Below, in pieces: positions 17,028-27,327 of a DNA stretch of 64,000 bases (position 1 is its first letter; each line of letters starts with the position of its first letter). Both the position numbers and the translations under genes were made by a program. The stretch lies in IMG/VR virus record IMGVR_UViG_3300021511_000003, positions 159,016 through 223,015 of that record. One strand, written 5' to 3'. The notes below the pieces were generated by a model. That model ran no database searches, was not told where the DNA came from, and saw only the letters and a list, made by a program, of their open reading frames with translations.

Positions 17028-18194
17028 TTAATTATGTTCTAAGTTAAATACGGTTTTTAAGTAAGAAACGAACTGCTTATTTTCACACATACCTTTACCA
17101 GGGGAATTTGAAATTTTTGCTACAGGTTGACCATTACATTTGGTCATTTTGATTACCATATTGAGAGCAGGATTGGAAAAATTATTTGTTAGTTTTGTTC
17201 CGATACCAAAAGAAACTCCAATATGCATGTTAAGTGCATTGTAAATTTCTTTTGCTTTTTCAAAATCTAATCCATTGCTAAAAACAATGGTTTTTGTCAA
17301 CGGTTCAATTCCTCTATTTTTATAGAATTTAACCATACGAAAACCAAACTGAATAGGGTCAGGTTCGGAATCCTCACGAACACCATCAAATAGTTTATAC
17401 AATAATGGATCGTCAAAATCATGTAAGAAAGCATCTGTATTAATAACATCGGACAATGCTATTCCTAGATCGCCACGATATACTTTTATCCAATTTTCAA
17501 AAGCCATTTTTTGACTGAGATCTAATCTATATTCAAGTTGTTGATGTGCTTGCAACCATTCATGAGCCATAGTACCGATTGGTTTTACATTGTACTTCAT
17601 AGCCAATAATAAATTACTAGTGCCAATAAAATTATTGGTTGCATAGTTTTTACAATATTTTACAACTTTAGAATGCCATCTATAACTTCTTCTTCTTCTG
17701 GTACCAAAGTCTGCAAACTTCAATCCTTCTGGTAAATAATAAAGATTTTCACTCAGTCTCATCTCGGCATCTTTGTAATTGGATATACTAAGATTACAAA
17801 ATATTTCACTAATAATAGACATTAAAGGAACTTCAAAAAGAATAGTTTGAAACCAAGGTCCTTTGATATCAATATTCAGTTCACCAGTATTTGTATTAAT
17901 TGATGTTTTAACTAAATCTGTATTAAATTTATATTGTTTTAAAAACTCAATATATTCTTCACTAAAAAAACGGAGACTTCTTAAATAATCAAGTTCATCT
18001 CTATGAAAATATAGACTGCGTAAGGCATCAATATTAAGTTCAATATCTTGTATTGACTTTTTAAAATTTACACCTTCATAATTTCTACATTTGAATTTAT
18101 ATTCAACTGGAGTTGCTGCATAACCTAATTTTAATACTGCCTGTTGCATAGTAAATTTATACTGGTCATTATCAAGTAAACTATTCTGAATCAT
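17028..18194 (-). CDS. pncB: nicotinate phosphoribosyltransferase
   Basis: True start MIQNSLLDNDQYKFTMQQ; ADFGTRRR, GTSN, GTMAHE, FGIGTKL, KISNSPGK. Confidence 0.92.
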   Translation of the reverse strand: MIQNSLLDNDQYKFTMQQAVLKLGYAATPVEYKFKCRNYEGVNFKKSIQDIELNIDALRSLYFHRDELDYLRSLRFFSEEYIEFLKQYKFNTDLVKTSINTNTGELNIDIKGPWFQTILFEVPLMSIISEIFCNLSISNYKDAEMRLSENLYYLPEGLKFADFGTRRRRSYRWHSKVVKYCKNYATNNFIGTSNLLLAMKYNVKPIGTMAHEWLQAHQQLEYRLDLSQKMAFENWIKVYRGDLGIALSDVINTDAFLHDFDDPLLYKLFDGVREDSEPDPIQFGFRMVKFYKNRGIEPLTKTIVFSNGLDFEKAKEIYNALNMHIGVSFGIGTKLTNNFSNPALNMVIKMTKCNGQPVAKISNSPGKGMCENKQFVSYLKTVFNLEHN

Positions 18195-18566
18195 TGTTTC
18201 TCCTTTGTTATAGTTAAATAAGAAAATATAGAGAATGGATTCTATTCCGGTTCGCCAATTAGCCACCGGGGAAAATCCAGCTGGAAGCCTCAATCGTTTT
18301 GGGAGGCAACGGGTAAATATGTAGCTATTTTGTTAGTGTCACATAACGTTAGTTCATCTTGATATTCTGGTGGAACACCCCATATTAATTACTTAAAAAA
18401 TATAATAACTCTGCTTCATTAATTAATATATATAGATATAATTTTTAAAAATAAGAACATAAAAATGTAGGGTAGGTACAGACTATTTAAGTTTGTTTCC
18501 TTCCATTTATCTTAAACAATCAATTGGTTAAAAAAAATGTTTTGAGTAACAAAATAATAAAAGGAG

Positions 18567-19046
18567 ATGTTATTTATGGATAATGTTGTAATTGCTGCAC
18601 CTCATCCTGATGATGAAATAATTGGTTGTTATGAAGTATTAACAAATAGTATAAATCCAGTTATTATTTATTCAGATGAAACAGATGCAGATAGACGTGA
18701 AAAAGTATTGAAGTTGAAAGAACATGTTGATTGTAAATTACAATTATTTCAAATGTCAATTCCACAAACATTTATGAATAAAATAAATGTTTTTTATTTT
18801 CCAGATCCAATTTATGAAACTCATCCTTTACATAGACAATGGGGTATTATGGGTGAGACTATGGCAAGGAATGGATTTAATGTTATATTTTATTCAACAA
18901 ATATGGCATGTCCATATATTCATGAAGTAAAGTTTCCAGACAAAAAGGAAGAATTGTTAAATAAAGTGTATCCAGATCAAAAAACGTTGTGGCAGTATGA
19001 AAAGAAATATATTTTATTTGAAGGGTATAATAAGTGGTTGTTTTAA
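18567..19046 (+). CDS. PIG-L/LmbE-family deacetylase
   Basis: APHPDDEIIG and downstream HPLH metal-binding motifs. Confidence 0.8.
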   Translation: MLFMDNVVIAAPHPDDEIIGCYEVLTNSINPVIIYSDETDADRREKVLKLKEHVDCKLQLFQMSIPQTFMNKINVFYFPDPIYETHPLHRQWGIMGETMARNGFNVIFYSTNMACPYIHEVKFPDKKEELLNKVYPDQKTLWQYEKKYILFEGYNKWLF

Positions 19047-19276
19047 TTATGATTTATTAAAAATAATGGAGATATTTAAAATGAGCGCAGGCCCAATATT
19101 GATGAAGGAATTAAAGTTTAAAAAATATTATCATTTACGGTTAACAAAAAAAGATTGGTGTACATATTCAGGTAATTGCCCAACAGAAGAAAACCTTGTT
19201 GACGATTCTTATTGTTGGTTATGTAAGTATGCTAAAAAACTTGATTTACCGAAACTGTTATTAGAAAGGGGAATTT

Positions 19277-20233
19277 GTGAAAAGAATAATTTTGATACCA
19301 CAATATCCGACAGCGATGAGATACCAAGAGTGGTGGTTTTGGAAGCTAGAGGATGAATTTATAAAGGCTGGTTATGAAGTATTTGTTGTAGGAAAAGATA
19401 AAGCAAATAAAATGACAAAAATTGCAAGCAAAGCAGAAATGTTTTCTCCTATAAATGCAGCAATTGAATTTGAATGCGTTCAGATAGAAGAATATATGTC
19501 TCTTGAATTAAGAGATGATGATATTCTATTTTTATGTGATATAAGTTTTCCGGGCGTGTTTTGTAATACACTATTTCATAAAAGACCAAAAAAGATGTTC
19601 GCATTTTGTCATGCAACAAGCCTAAATATATTTGATTATTTTTCTAAAGATAGTCCTATCAAATTTTCAATTGAAACTGCACATGCTAAATTATTTGATA
19701 CTGTTTTTGTTGGAAGTAACTATCATAAAGAAAAACTTGGGTGGGATAATACATTTGTTACATATCTTCCATTTCATCCATTTGATTCATTTAGTGGTAT
19801 AAGAACTAATTTTATAGTTTCAGCCTCTCGTCCTACACCTCAAAAAGTTGATTCTGAATTAGAAAAAAGAGTTGAAAAAAGATTCTCGAAAATTATACGA
19901 AAAACAACAAATTCTTGGGAAGAATATTTTAGATTTTTAGGAAATTCGAAAGTTCTTCTTATTACCTCATACGAGGACACATTTGGTTATCAAATTGTAG
20001 ATGCAATCATGAATGGCTGTATTCCGATTGCTCCTAATAGGTGTGCATATCCGGAGTTATTACAGAATGAATATCTATATAATTCAGATGAAGAATTATT
20101 TAATATTCTTGATGCTGCTTTGTGGGGATTACTTGATGTACCTAAGTTGAAATGTAAAAATGAAATGAATAATTTTTATAATACTATTGTGGATGAAATG
20201 AAGAAGGAGACTTATATTGGAAAGTCCATATAA
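19277..20233 (+). CDS. GT-B fold glycosyltransferase (GT4-like)
   Basis: C-terminal EDTFGYQIVDAIMNGCIPIAP resembles E-x7-E / G-x-P-V signature. Confidence 0.7.
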   Translation: MKRIILIPQYPTAMRYQEWWFWKLEDEFIKAGYEVFVVGKDKANKMTKIASKAEMFSPINAAIEFECVQIEEYMSLELRDDDILFLCDISFPGVFCNTLFHKRPKKMFAFCHATSLNIFDYFSKDSPIKFSIETAHAKLFDTVFVGSNYHKEKLGWDNTFVTYLPFHPFDSFSGIRTNFIVSASRPTPQKVDSELEKRVEKRFSKIIRKTTNSWEEYFRFLGNSKVLLITSYEDTFGYQIVDAIMNGCIPIAPNRCAYPELLQNEYLYNSDEELFNILDAALWGLLDVPKLKCKNEMNNFYNTIVDEMKKETYIGKSI

Positions 20234-20744
20234 AATTTTTAATACTTGGCTCTTTGATGGGAGTAAAACGTCACCAATACCACCAGCAAGAGGAAAGGTT
20301 GATATATTAAAATATAATTCTCCAATAACACATACTTATATTCTTAGTTTATTTATGAGAAATAATAGTCTAAATAAATATTTAGATGAATATTTTAATA
20401 ATATTAACTTAAGATATATTCCAAAAGAAGAACTTTTTAAGTTTATAAAAAAATGTGTTCAAGATTTTAGAGTTAGACGTAATCAAACTGTATTTTATAA
20501 ATTCCAACGGCAGAATAAGCTGTATGGTATTTTAAGAGATAGATTCCCTCAATTAAAAAATAATGATGTTAGCCTTTTGTGTGAATTGATTGAAAAGTCA
20601 GAAGAAAAAGAAGCTATATATAATTCGCTTGGAATGGAGGTACCAAAGAAGAAAAAAATAAAGACGGGTGTAAAGAAGCCAAAAAAAGGAAAAATACCAT
20701 TGAAGTCCTTTTTGGCGGAGCACTTTTCCACTATTGCTATGTGA
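20217..20744 (+). CDS. hypothetical protein, possibly clamp-loader small subunit (gp62-like)
   Basis: Size and layout only. Confidence 0.35.
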   Translation: MESPYKIFNTWLFDGSKTSPIPPARGKVDILKYNSPITHTYILSLFMRNNSLNKYLDEYFNNINLRYIPKEELFKFIKKCVQDFRVRRNQTVFYKFQRQNKLYGILRDRFPQLKNNDVSLLCELIEKSEEKEAIYNSLGMEVPKKKKIKTGVKKPKKGKIPLKSFLAEHFSTIAM

Positions 20745-20762
20745 AAAAGTGCTCTATCAAAT

Positions 20763-21458
20763 CTACTTTATATCAAATGACTGTTGAATTTTTGCTGCAA
20801 GATCTGAGGATAAAACCGGATTACAAAGCTGTTTTTTTATTGTTGGTTTCTTCATTTTTTGTTTGACGACGATATTATTACTGATGAAGCCAAGTTGGTC
20901 ACAATGTTTGCATGGGGTAGTTGACTTTATCATATGACTGGTAACGAGCTTTTTCTTTTCCCCTTTACCACGGCATTTCTCACATTTTATATAAATTGTC
21001 TTTTTGGCGGAGCACTTTTCGCATGGTTTATTAATTATACCATCATGCTTCCAACTTTCAAGGTCTCTCCCGCTTCCGTTGCATGTTGGACATTTAATTT
21101 TGATATGGCCTTTTCCGCCACATATATGACATTTAACTACAACAGTCTTTCGCTCAAATTTGTAAATTTCTCCAGTACCATGACAGGCAATGCATGAATT
21201 TTTGTACGGGGACTCGATTTCAAAATATCGCCTGGCTTTCATTTGCTCAGAGATCAAATGCTGAATCAACTTATTTTTTGCATCAATTTCTGGTCCGATT
21301 TCATCAAGCTCCCCATTTTCTTTTCTGACCCAATGGGTAATCTCAAACGATTTGAGAATACCTTCGGGAGTAAAGTTGTTTTTACTAAGTTTAAGAATTT
21401 TCTTATAATCCTCAATTGATTTTTTTGGTTCGCTTGTTTCTGTCTGCATAGTTGTCAT
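20763..21458 (-). CDS. DnaJ-type CxxCxGxG zinc-finger protein
   Basis: CIACHGTG, CHICGGKG, CPTCNGSG, CEKCRGKG; no HPD J-domain seen. Confidence 0.7.
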   Translation of the reverse strand: MTTMQTETSEPKKSIEDYKKILKLSKNNFTPEGILKSFEITHWVRKENGELDEIGPEIDAKNKLIQHLISEQMKARRYFEIESPYKNSCIACHGTGEIYKFERKTVVVKCHICGGKGHIKIKCPTCNGSGRDLESWKHDGIINKPCEKCSAKKTIYIKCEKCRGKGEKKKLVTSHMIKSTTPCKHCDQLGFISNNIVVKQKMKKPTIKKQLCNPVLSSDLAAKIQQSFDIK

Positions 21459-21637
21459 AAGACTCTCCTTCTAATAATGTAATTGATGATAAAAATTAAG
21501 TGATTTGATTTTTGGTTCAATAAAATGTAAAACTTTTTATCCCTCCTATATTTATTAAATAAAATTATTGATTCAGAAATTAATATATATAGATATTAAT
21601 CATTAAAATAAGAACATAATAAAAAGGAGGTAAGTAT

Positions 21638-24600
21638 TTGTTTTCAATAAAAAATTCGTTTTCGAATTGTTCAATATGCGATTTACTTGAAGAAGGTTCT
21701 TGTATACTTGAAACAAATTGCAAAGGAGATTTGAAAAAGGTCGATGTTATTTTTGTTGCAGAAAATCCTGGTAAAGAAGAAGTAAAAATTGGAAGACCTC
21801 TTATAGGAAAAGCAGGTAAAAAATTCCGACAGTATTTTAATAAATTCGGAATCAATAAAATGAACTATTTATTAACAAATGTTGTTATGTGTCAAACAAT
21901 TAATGAGGATGGAACAACTGGGAATCCAACTCAAGAAACAATTGAATTATGTAAAAATAATTGCATGGAAATAATAAGAAATTGTAATCCAAAGCTTATT
22001 GTTTTAATGGGTACAAGTCCAATGTCTGCCTTTGGTATTGCAAAAGTGGGTATTACAAATATTCATGAAAGATATGAATTGTTTGAGTGGGAAGGGTTTA
22101 AAACGATGGTTATTGTTCATCCTTCTTTTGTAAATAGAAATCAATCATGGGATGGTAAATTTTCAGAAGCAATGTCTCGAATTGCTGAAATACTTGGTGG
22201 AAAATATGTTAAAATGCCAAAGAAAAGCCAAACCAAAACATTAGGTAAAGGTATATTCAGATATAGTATTCCAAAGAAATTTTATACAAATGATTATAGA
22301 CTTATTGATGTTCAATTTTTAAATAGAACAAGTCAGGTTTTATATATTTTTAGGGATAAAGATAATAATAAAATTTTTCATAAAGAAAATGATGATCATG
22401 TATGTTATCAAGCTCCAAAGGATGTTGAAGCAAGAAAAATTGTTCCATATAGCAAGTTAGATAAAGTTATGATTAAGTATAGAGATAGATATAATTTGGA
22501 TCCGAATATTACATATGAGGGTGATGTTAGATTAGCATCTAAACATGCTATGGATTATTACTATAACAATAAAGGTGAATGTCCTAAGACTACATCAAAT
22601 ATTATGTTTTTTGATATTGAGATTGACACTGGAAATGAAAGAGTTTTTCCAAAACCGGAAGATGCAGCATTCCCAATCAATCTGATAACAACAATTTATA
22701 ATGGTACCACAATTTGTTATGGAGTTGATAATAAAACAGAAGAAATAAAACGACGTCCTGATATAACTTATAAAATATTTAATAATGAAAAGCAGTTGAT
22801 GTGTTCATTTATTAAGGATTATAAGAAAACTGATCCAGATTTTTTAGCAGGGTGGAATAGTATTAGCTTTGATTTGGCATATATTTATAATAGATTGCCA
22901 CAGATCGGAATCCCTCAAACAAGTATGAATAAATTTGGGGAATTTTATGTTGAAGGTGCAAAATTTGTTTGTCATATCCCTGGTACAGTTCCAATAGATC
23001 AATATTTTTTGTATCGTACATTTACATTTACAAACATGGAAAATTATAAATTAGGGTTTATTGCTCAACATGAATTGGGTATAACAAAAATTGAATTACC
23101 ATTACCAATAAATGAAATGTACTGGAAAATGCAAAGTTTGACATATGAATATAATATTCGAGATAGTGAATTGTTGGAAAAGCTTGATGATAAACTGGGT
23201 CATATTAATCTATTAAATGAACTAAGAATTATTTGTAATACTAATTTTGAAGCAACTTCATCATTCGGTCAAATTGATTCATTAATGGTATCATATCTTA
23301 GGAACAAAGGTATAGCATCAAAAAATAGTGACCCACATATTATAAAAGAACGTTATCCAGGAGCATATGTACATCAACCAATTCCTGGTGTATATGATTG
23401 GATTACAGATTTCGATTTTACATCTCTGTATCCAAGTCTAATAATTACTTATAATATCGGTGTTAATAGTTTTGTTATGAAAACGAAAGATCCGCATATT
23501 GGTTACGATCTTGTATATGATAAAAAGAATGTTCCTGATGAAATTGAAATGATTATTGATCCATTATATAAAGCGAAGTCAGTTAAAATGTCATACAAGA
23601 AATTGTATGAAAACGTACAAAAAGATGATTTGATTCATACAATCAATGGTTGCTTTTTTCAACCACATAAAAAGGTATTATCTGTTTTCGGAGAAGTTGT
23701 TGACATGTTAATGGTCTCACGAAAAGAATATAAAGAAAAAATGTTTGATGCAATTGAAGCTAAAGATAAAGATTTAGAAAAGTTTTATTATACACGGCAG
23801 TTAGTATATAAAGTTCTAGCAAATACATTATATGGAGTTGTTGCAAATAAAGCATTTAGATTCTTTAATATTTCTTTAGCATCAGCTATTACACTTGCTG
23901 GTCAAGAAGTAATAAAAACATCAATTATTGAAGGCGATGCTTTTATGAGGCACCTTAATACAGGTAAACCTTATATATCACCAGCAAAACTTACAAAAAG
24001 AGAAATGTTTAGTGATGCAATGCCAGATAGAGGCAATGAATATATTCTTACAGGTGATACAGATTCAATATTTTGTTGTTTTGAGAAATTCAATGATGTA
24101 TCAGTTGATAACATTCGTAGTTGGTGTAAAGAGATTGAATTATTTTTAAATGAAGATAAAATTCTTGATGTTGTAAAAAGACATAATTGTGATCTTGATT
24201 TTAATAGAATGAAACTTAAAAATGAGTTGATTATTTCTCGTGGTTTATTTCTTGCAAAAAAGAGATATGCTATTCGTGTAATTAATAATGAAGGAAAAGA
24301 TGTTGATAAAATAAATTATATGGGCGTTGAAATTAAGAGATCAGATTATCCAAGTAAATCAAAAGAATTTTTATCCACATTATCAGAGTTAATTTTGAAA
24401 TCTGAAAAAGTTTCAATAGGTCAATTAATGAAATTTATTAATCGTCAAGAGAATGAATTTCTTGAATCTATTTATAAGGGAGAAAAAGTTATTGCTCGAC
24501 CTGTGTCATATGGTAAATTATTAAAGGATTATAAAAATATCCCTCAAGGAGTAAGGGCTATGGAAGCGTGGAATAAAATAATGTATAATGTTCATAAAAC

Positions 24601-24862
24601 AGGTAATAGAGCATATATGTATTGGGTTCAGGGTATTGATCTTGAAATAGCTCCTAAAGATGTAAGAGAAAAATATCATCAATATGTAAAAGATGGAAAT
24701 AAATTGGAAGTAATTGCAATACCAGATGAAGAAAAGAGGTTACCAAAATTCTTTATTCCAAATAAACAAGCAGCATTAAAATTTACATTTAAAGATAGAT
24801 ATGAACTAATGTTGAAACCATTAGAGTTGAAAGTAAAAAAGCAGGAAGTTCTTACTTTCTAA
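21638..24862 (+). CDS. family B DNA polymerase with N-terminal family-4 uracil-DNA glycosylase domain
   Basis: UDG4: AENPGKEE, GRPLIGKAG, LTNVVMC, VHPS; exo: FFDIEID; pol: DFTSLYPS, KVLANTLYG, GDTDS. Confidence 0.92.
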   Translation: MFSIKNSFSNCSICDLLEEGSCILETNCKGDLKKVDVIFVAENPGKEEVKIGRPLIGKAGKKFRQYFNKFGINKMNYLLTNVVMCQTINEDGTTGNPTQETIELCKNNCMEIIRNCNPKLIVLMGTSPMSAFGIAKVGITNIHERYELFEWEGFKTMVIVHPSFVNRNQSWDGKFSEAMSRIAEILGGKYVKMPKKSQTKTLGKGIFRYSIPKKFYTNDYRLIDVQFLNRTSQVLYIFRDKDNNKIFHKENDDHVCYQAPKDVEARKIVPYSKLDKVMIKYRDRYNLDPNITYEGDVRLASKHAMDYYYNNKGECPKTTSNIMFFDIEIDTGNERVFPKPEDAAFPINLITTIYNGTTICYGVDNKTEEIKRRPDITYKIFNNEKQLMCSFIKDYKKTDPDFLAGWNSISFDLAYIYNRLPQIGIPQTSMNKFGEFYVEGAKFVCHIPGTVPIDQYFLYRTFTFTNMENYKLGFIAQHELGITKIELPLPINEMYWKMQSLTYEYNIRDSELLEKLDDKLGHINLLNELRIICNTNFEATSSFGQIDSLMVSYLRNKGIASKNSDPHIIKERYPGAYVHQPIPGVYDWITDFDFTSLYPSLIITYNIGVNSFVMKTKDPHIGYDLVYDKKNVPDEIEMIIDPLYKAKSVKMSYKKLYENVQKDDLIHTINGCFFQPHKKVLSVFGEVVDMLMVSRKEYKEKMFDAIEAKDKDLEKFYYTRQLVYKVLANTLYGVVANKAFRFFNISLASAITLAGQEVIKTSIIEGDAFMRHLNTGKPYISPAKLTKREMFSDAMPDRGNEYILTGDTDSIFCCFEKFNDVSVDNIRSWCKEIELFLNEDKILDVVKRHNCDLDFNRMKLKNELIISRGLFLAKKRYAIRVINNEGKDVDKINYMGVEIKRSDYPSKSKEFLSTLSELILKSEKVSIGQLMKFINRQENEFLESIYKGEKVIARPVSYGKLLKDYKNIPQGVRAMEAWNKIMYNVHKTGNRAYMYWVQGIDLEIAPKDVREKYHQYVKDGNKLEVIAIPDEEKRLPKFFIPNKQAALKFTFKDRYELMLKPLELKVKKQEVLTF

Positions 24863-24968
24863 TTAGAACATAACATTAAATATGTGGGACATGTGATTGC
24901 AAACACTTTTCTTGCCCTATCAAGAATTACCACATATTTATATCTAATATCTATAGGGAGATATCAAA

Positions 24969-25137
24969 ATGTCAAATCAATTATATAAGTATGGATGCAG
25001 AAAGGAAGTAAATTTAAACTTAAGAATGGTGTTGTTCTGAAAAACATACTCACTGTCCAGCTTTTCAATCAAATGTAACATATGCTAAAAAAGTAATTAC
25101 ACAACATAAATGTTCATATGGGAAAAGATTTGTATAA
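24969..25137 (+). pseudogene. relic of the YGC..KNG.WCCS..CP zinc module found in this phage's HNH genes
   Basis: MSNQLYKYGCRKEV then shifted frame WCCSEKHTHCPAF. Confidence 0.55.
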
Positions 25138-25172
25138 AAAGAATACAAAATTTTGTAGAAAGGAAAAAAAGA

Positions 25173-25832
25173 ATGAAAGAAAAGACTGTTAAATTAATTG
25201 AATGTTTTAACACATATCAAGGTGAAGGACCAGATAGTGGTCAGGCAATGGTTATATTAAGATTTAAAACATGTAATTTAAAATGTCCTTGGTGTGATAC
25301 TTCTGTTAAAATGAGAATAAGTATGGAGGCTGAATATGAATTGAGTAAAATTCAAAAAGAAATTTATAATAATCGCCTGGGTATTCTTATTACAGGTGGT
25401 GAACCAACAGTATCAAGACACATTAATGAAACATTATGGTTATTGAATGAATTGGATTATCCAATTGCCAATGTTGAATCAAATGGATTCAATCTTGAAG
25501 AAGTGATAGAACGAACCGATCCTTTGAAAAATGTTCGTTATATGTTCTCGCCTAAAATCTTTTCAGAAAAAGATCTTGGTTCTGCAAAAGCTAAAACAAG
25601 ATCCCTCATAGAATATTCAAATTTATATATCAAAGTTGTTTACGAAAATAATGATCTTATATCTAACTATCTTGAGTGGCTTTCACCTCAAGCTGCAAAT
25701 AAAGTTTGGTTGATGCCAGAAGGTGTTAATAGAAGCGATTTAATCAGGAATTCTGAAAGTGTATTTGATGCGTGTGAAAAATATAAGTTTAATTTTTCAT
25801 CGCGTAATCATTTAATATTTGGTTTTGTATAA
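25173..25832 (+). CDS. queE: 7-carboxy-7-deazaguanine synthase (radical SAM)
   Basis: TYQGEG, CNLKCPWCDT, ITGGEP, VESNG. Confidence 0.85.
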   Translation: MKEKTVKLIECFNTYQGEGPDSGQAMVILRFKTCNLKCPWCDTSVKMRISMEAEYELSKIQKEIYNNRLGILITGGEPTVSRHINETLWLLNELDYPIANVESNGFNLEEVIERTDPLKNVRYMFSPKIFSEKDLGSAKAKTRSLIEYSNLYIKVVYENNDLISNYLEWLSPQAANKVWLMPEGVNRSDLIRNSESVFDACEKYKFNFSSRNHLIFGFV

Positions 25833-25840
25833 GGAAGGAG

Positions 25841-26230
25841 GTGAATACCATCAACGTAACTAGTTATTATAAACATTTTAAACCAGAAGAACAAAGCGGA
25901 ATGTGTGTAGTTCGTCGAAGAGGTGAAAAAGACGAAGACTTTATTAAAAGATTTCGTAAAAAAATTTCTAAAAGTGGGGTCGCAAAAGAGTTTCGTGACC
26001 GAATGTATTTTGAGAAACCAAGTGATAAAAAAAGACGTAAGAAAGCTCAATCAATTAGATTGATAAAGCGTGATGCAGAAAAGGCTGAAAAAATGAATGA
26101 GCGTTATATACGCATGAAAGCTAAACAAAAACGTAAGAGAGAAAAAGAAAACTTATTAAAAGGAGAACGACATGATAGAAGCAGTAGCAGACAAAATCGT
26201 AGTCGAATATCTAAGACAGACAGTGAGTGA
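25841..26230 (+). CDS. rpsU: ribosomal protein bS21 with N- and C-terminal extensions
   Basis: GEKDEDFIKRFRKKISKSGVAKEFRDRMYFEKPSDKKRRK. Confidence 0.85.
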   Translation: MNTINVTSYYKHFKPEEQSGMCVVRRRGEKDEDFIKRFRKKISKSGVAKEFRDRMYFEKPSDKKRRKKAQSIRLIKRDAEKAEKMNERYIRMKAKQKRKREKENLLKGERHDRSSSRQNRSRISKTDSE

Positions 26231-26531
26231 AGCAGGAATTCTAATTCCTGAAATGGCCCAGGATCCACAGGGTTATGGTAAGGTTTTATCAGTTGGAGAT
26301 TTGGTAAAAGATACTCCAATTGAAAAAGACGATATACTTATTTTTCACACAAGGGCAGGTATGGATTTTATTCAAGATAGAAAAGTAATGAAGTGTCTGA
26401 AATATGAAGAAGTTTATGGTATTGTTAGAGATGAAAAATTATCAAAGAGACTTCAACCTTTAGAATTTAAATCCAAAGAACAATCTAAAATCATTCAGCC
26501 TTCGAAAGGGGGTGGTATAGTTGTCGCTTAA
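26172..26531 (+). CDS. groES: GroES-like co-chaperonin
   Basis: DKIVVE...AGILIP...GKVLSVG...DDILIF. Confidence 0.75.
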   Translation: MIEAVADKIVVEYLRQTVSEAGILIPEMAQDPQGYGKVLSVGDLVKDTPIEKDDILIFHTRAGMDFIQDRKVMKCLKYEEVYGIVRDEKLSKRLQPLEFKSKEQSKIIQPSKGGGIVVA

Positions 26532-27324
26532 TTTACAATATATTAAAGCAACTAATCTTGATGATGCATGGCACCAAACATTATTTAAAATGCTTGAAGA
26601 AGGTAGTGTATTTAAAATTGATCGTGGTTCATATGCAGGACAAAAACGATTGGAATTTGACTGGATTACATGTCATATTAAAAATCCAGGTGTTCGTCCA
26701 TTACTGCCACAAATTCCAGACTCATATGGAGTTCCTAATCCTGTAGCAGAGGATTATTTGGATGATTATCTTCCTTATTTAATGACTGCAGAATTGAAAG
26801 ACGATGAGTCATATACTTATGGTCAACGTCTTAGTGGGTACCCAATTAAATATCCTTTATATTTATCAAAGGAAGGGCATTGGCCAAACATTCTTATTAA
26901 AGAAACTGATGAATTAATTGAAAAAGGTATTATTTATTCTACTGGCCAGTGGCATTTGAATCAAATTGAGCTTCTTATTTGGACGTACAAAAATAAGGGA
27001 TTCAGAAATAATCAGATGGTATTACAAGTAGCACATCCAACCGATATGTTGCTTCAAGATCCTCCATGTTTGAGAAGTATTGATACAAGGATTCAAGATG
27101 GAAAACTTCATTTCTATCCTTATTTTAGATCTTGGGATCTATGGGGTGGATTCCCTGCTAATTTAGGGGGTATTCAATTACTTAAGGAATATGTTTCAAG
27201 TGAGATTGGTGTTGATGATGGAGAAATTATTGCTACAAGTAAGGGAATGCATATTTATGATTATTCTTTTGACCTTGCAAAGTGCTTGAGAATGCGGGAT
27301 GATATAAAATTAAAAGGGGAATAA
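26521..27324 (+). CDS. thyA: thymidylate synthase (archaeal-type ThyA)
   Basis: YTYGQRL, DPPCL, FRSWD...PAN (Asn specifying dUMP), GMHIY. Confidence 0.88.
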   Translation: MSLNLQYIKATNLDDAWHQTLFKMLEEGSVFKIDRGSYAGQKRLEFDWITCHIKNPGVRPLLPQIPDSYGVPNPVAEDYLDDYLPYLMTAELKDDESYTYGQRLSGYPIKYPLYLSKEGHWPNILIKETDELIEKGIIYSTGQWHLNQIELLIWTYKNKGFRNNQMVLQVAHPTDMLLQDPPCLRSIDTRIQDGKLHFYPYFRSWDLWGGFPANLGGIQLLKEYVSSEIGVDDGEIIATSKGMHIYDYSFDLAKCLRMRDDIKLKGE

Positions 27325-27327
27325 TAT

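Noticed and set aside
3935-17042. Plus-strand ORF-track calls (e.g. 3935, 6156, 8250, 8798, 10865, 13154, 16818)
   Set aside because: Antisense shadows of tRNA, tmRNA or minus-strand genes, lacking RBS and recognisable motifs.
21638-24862. Intein or intron in the DNA polymerase
   Set aside because: Exo and pol motifs are normally spaced; the extra length is explained by the UDG domain.
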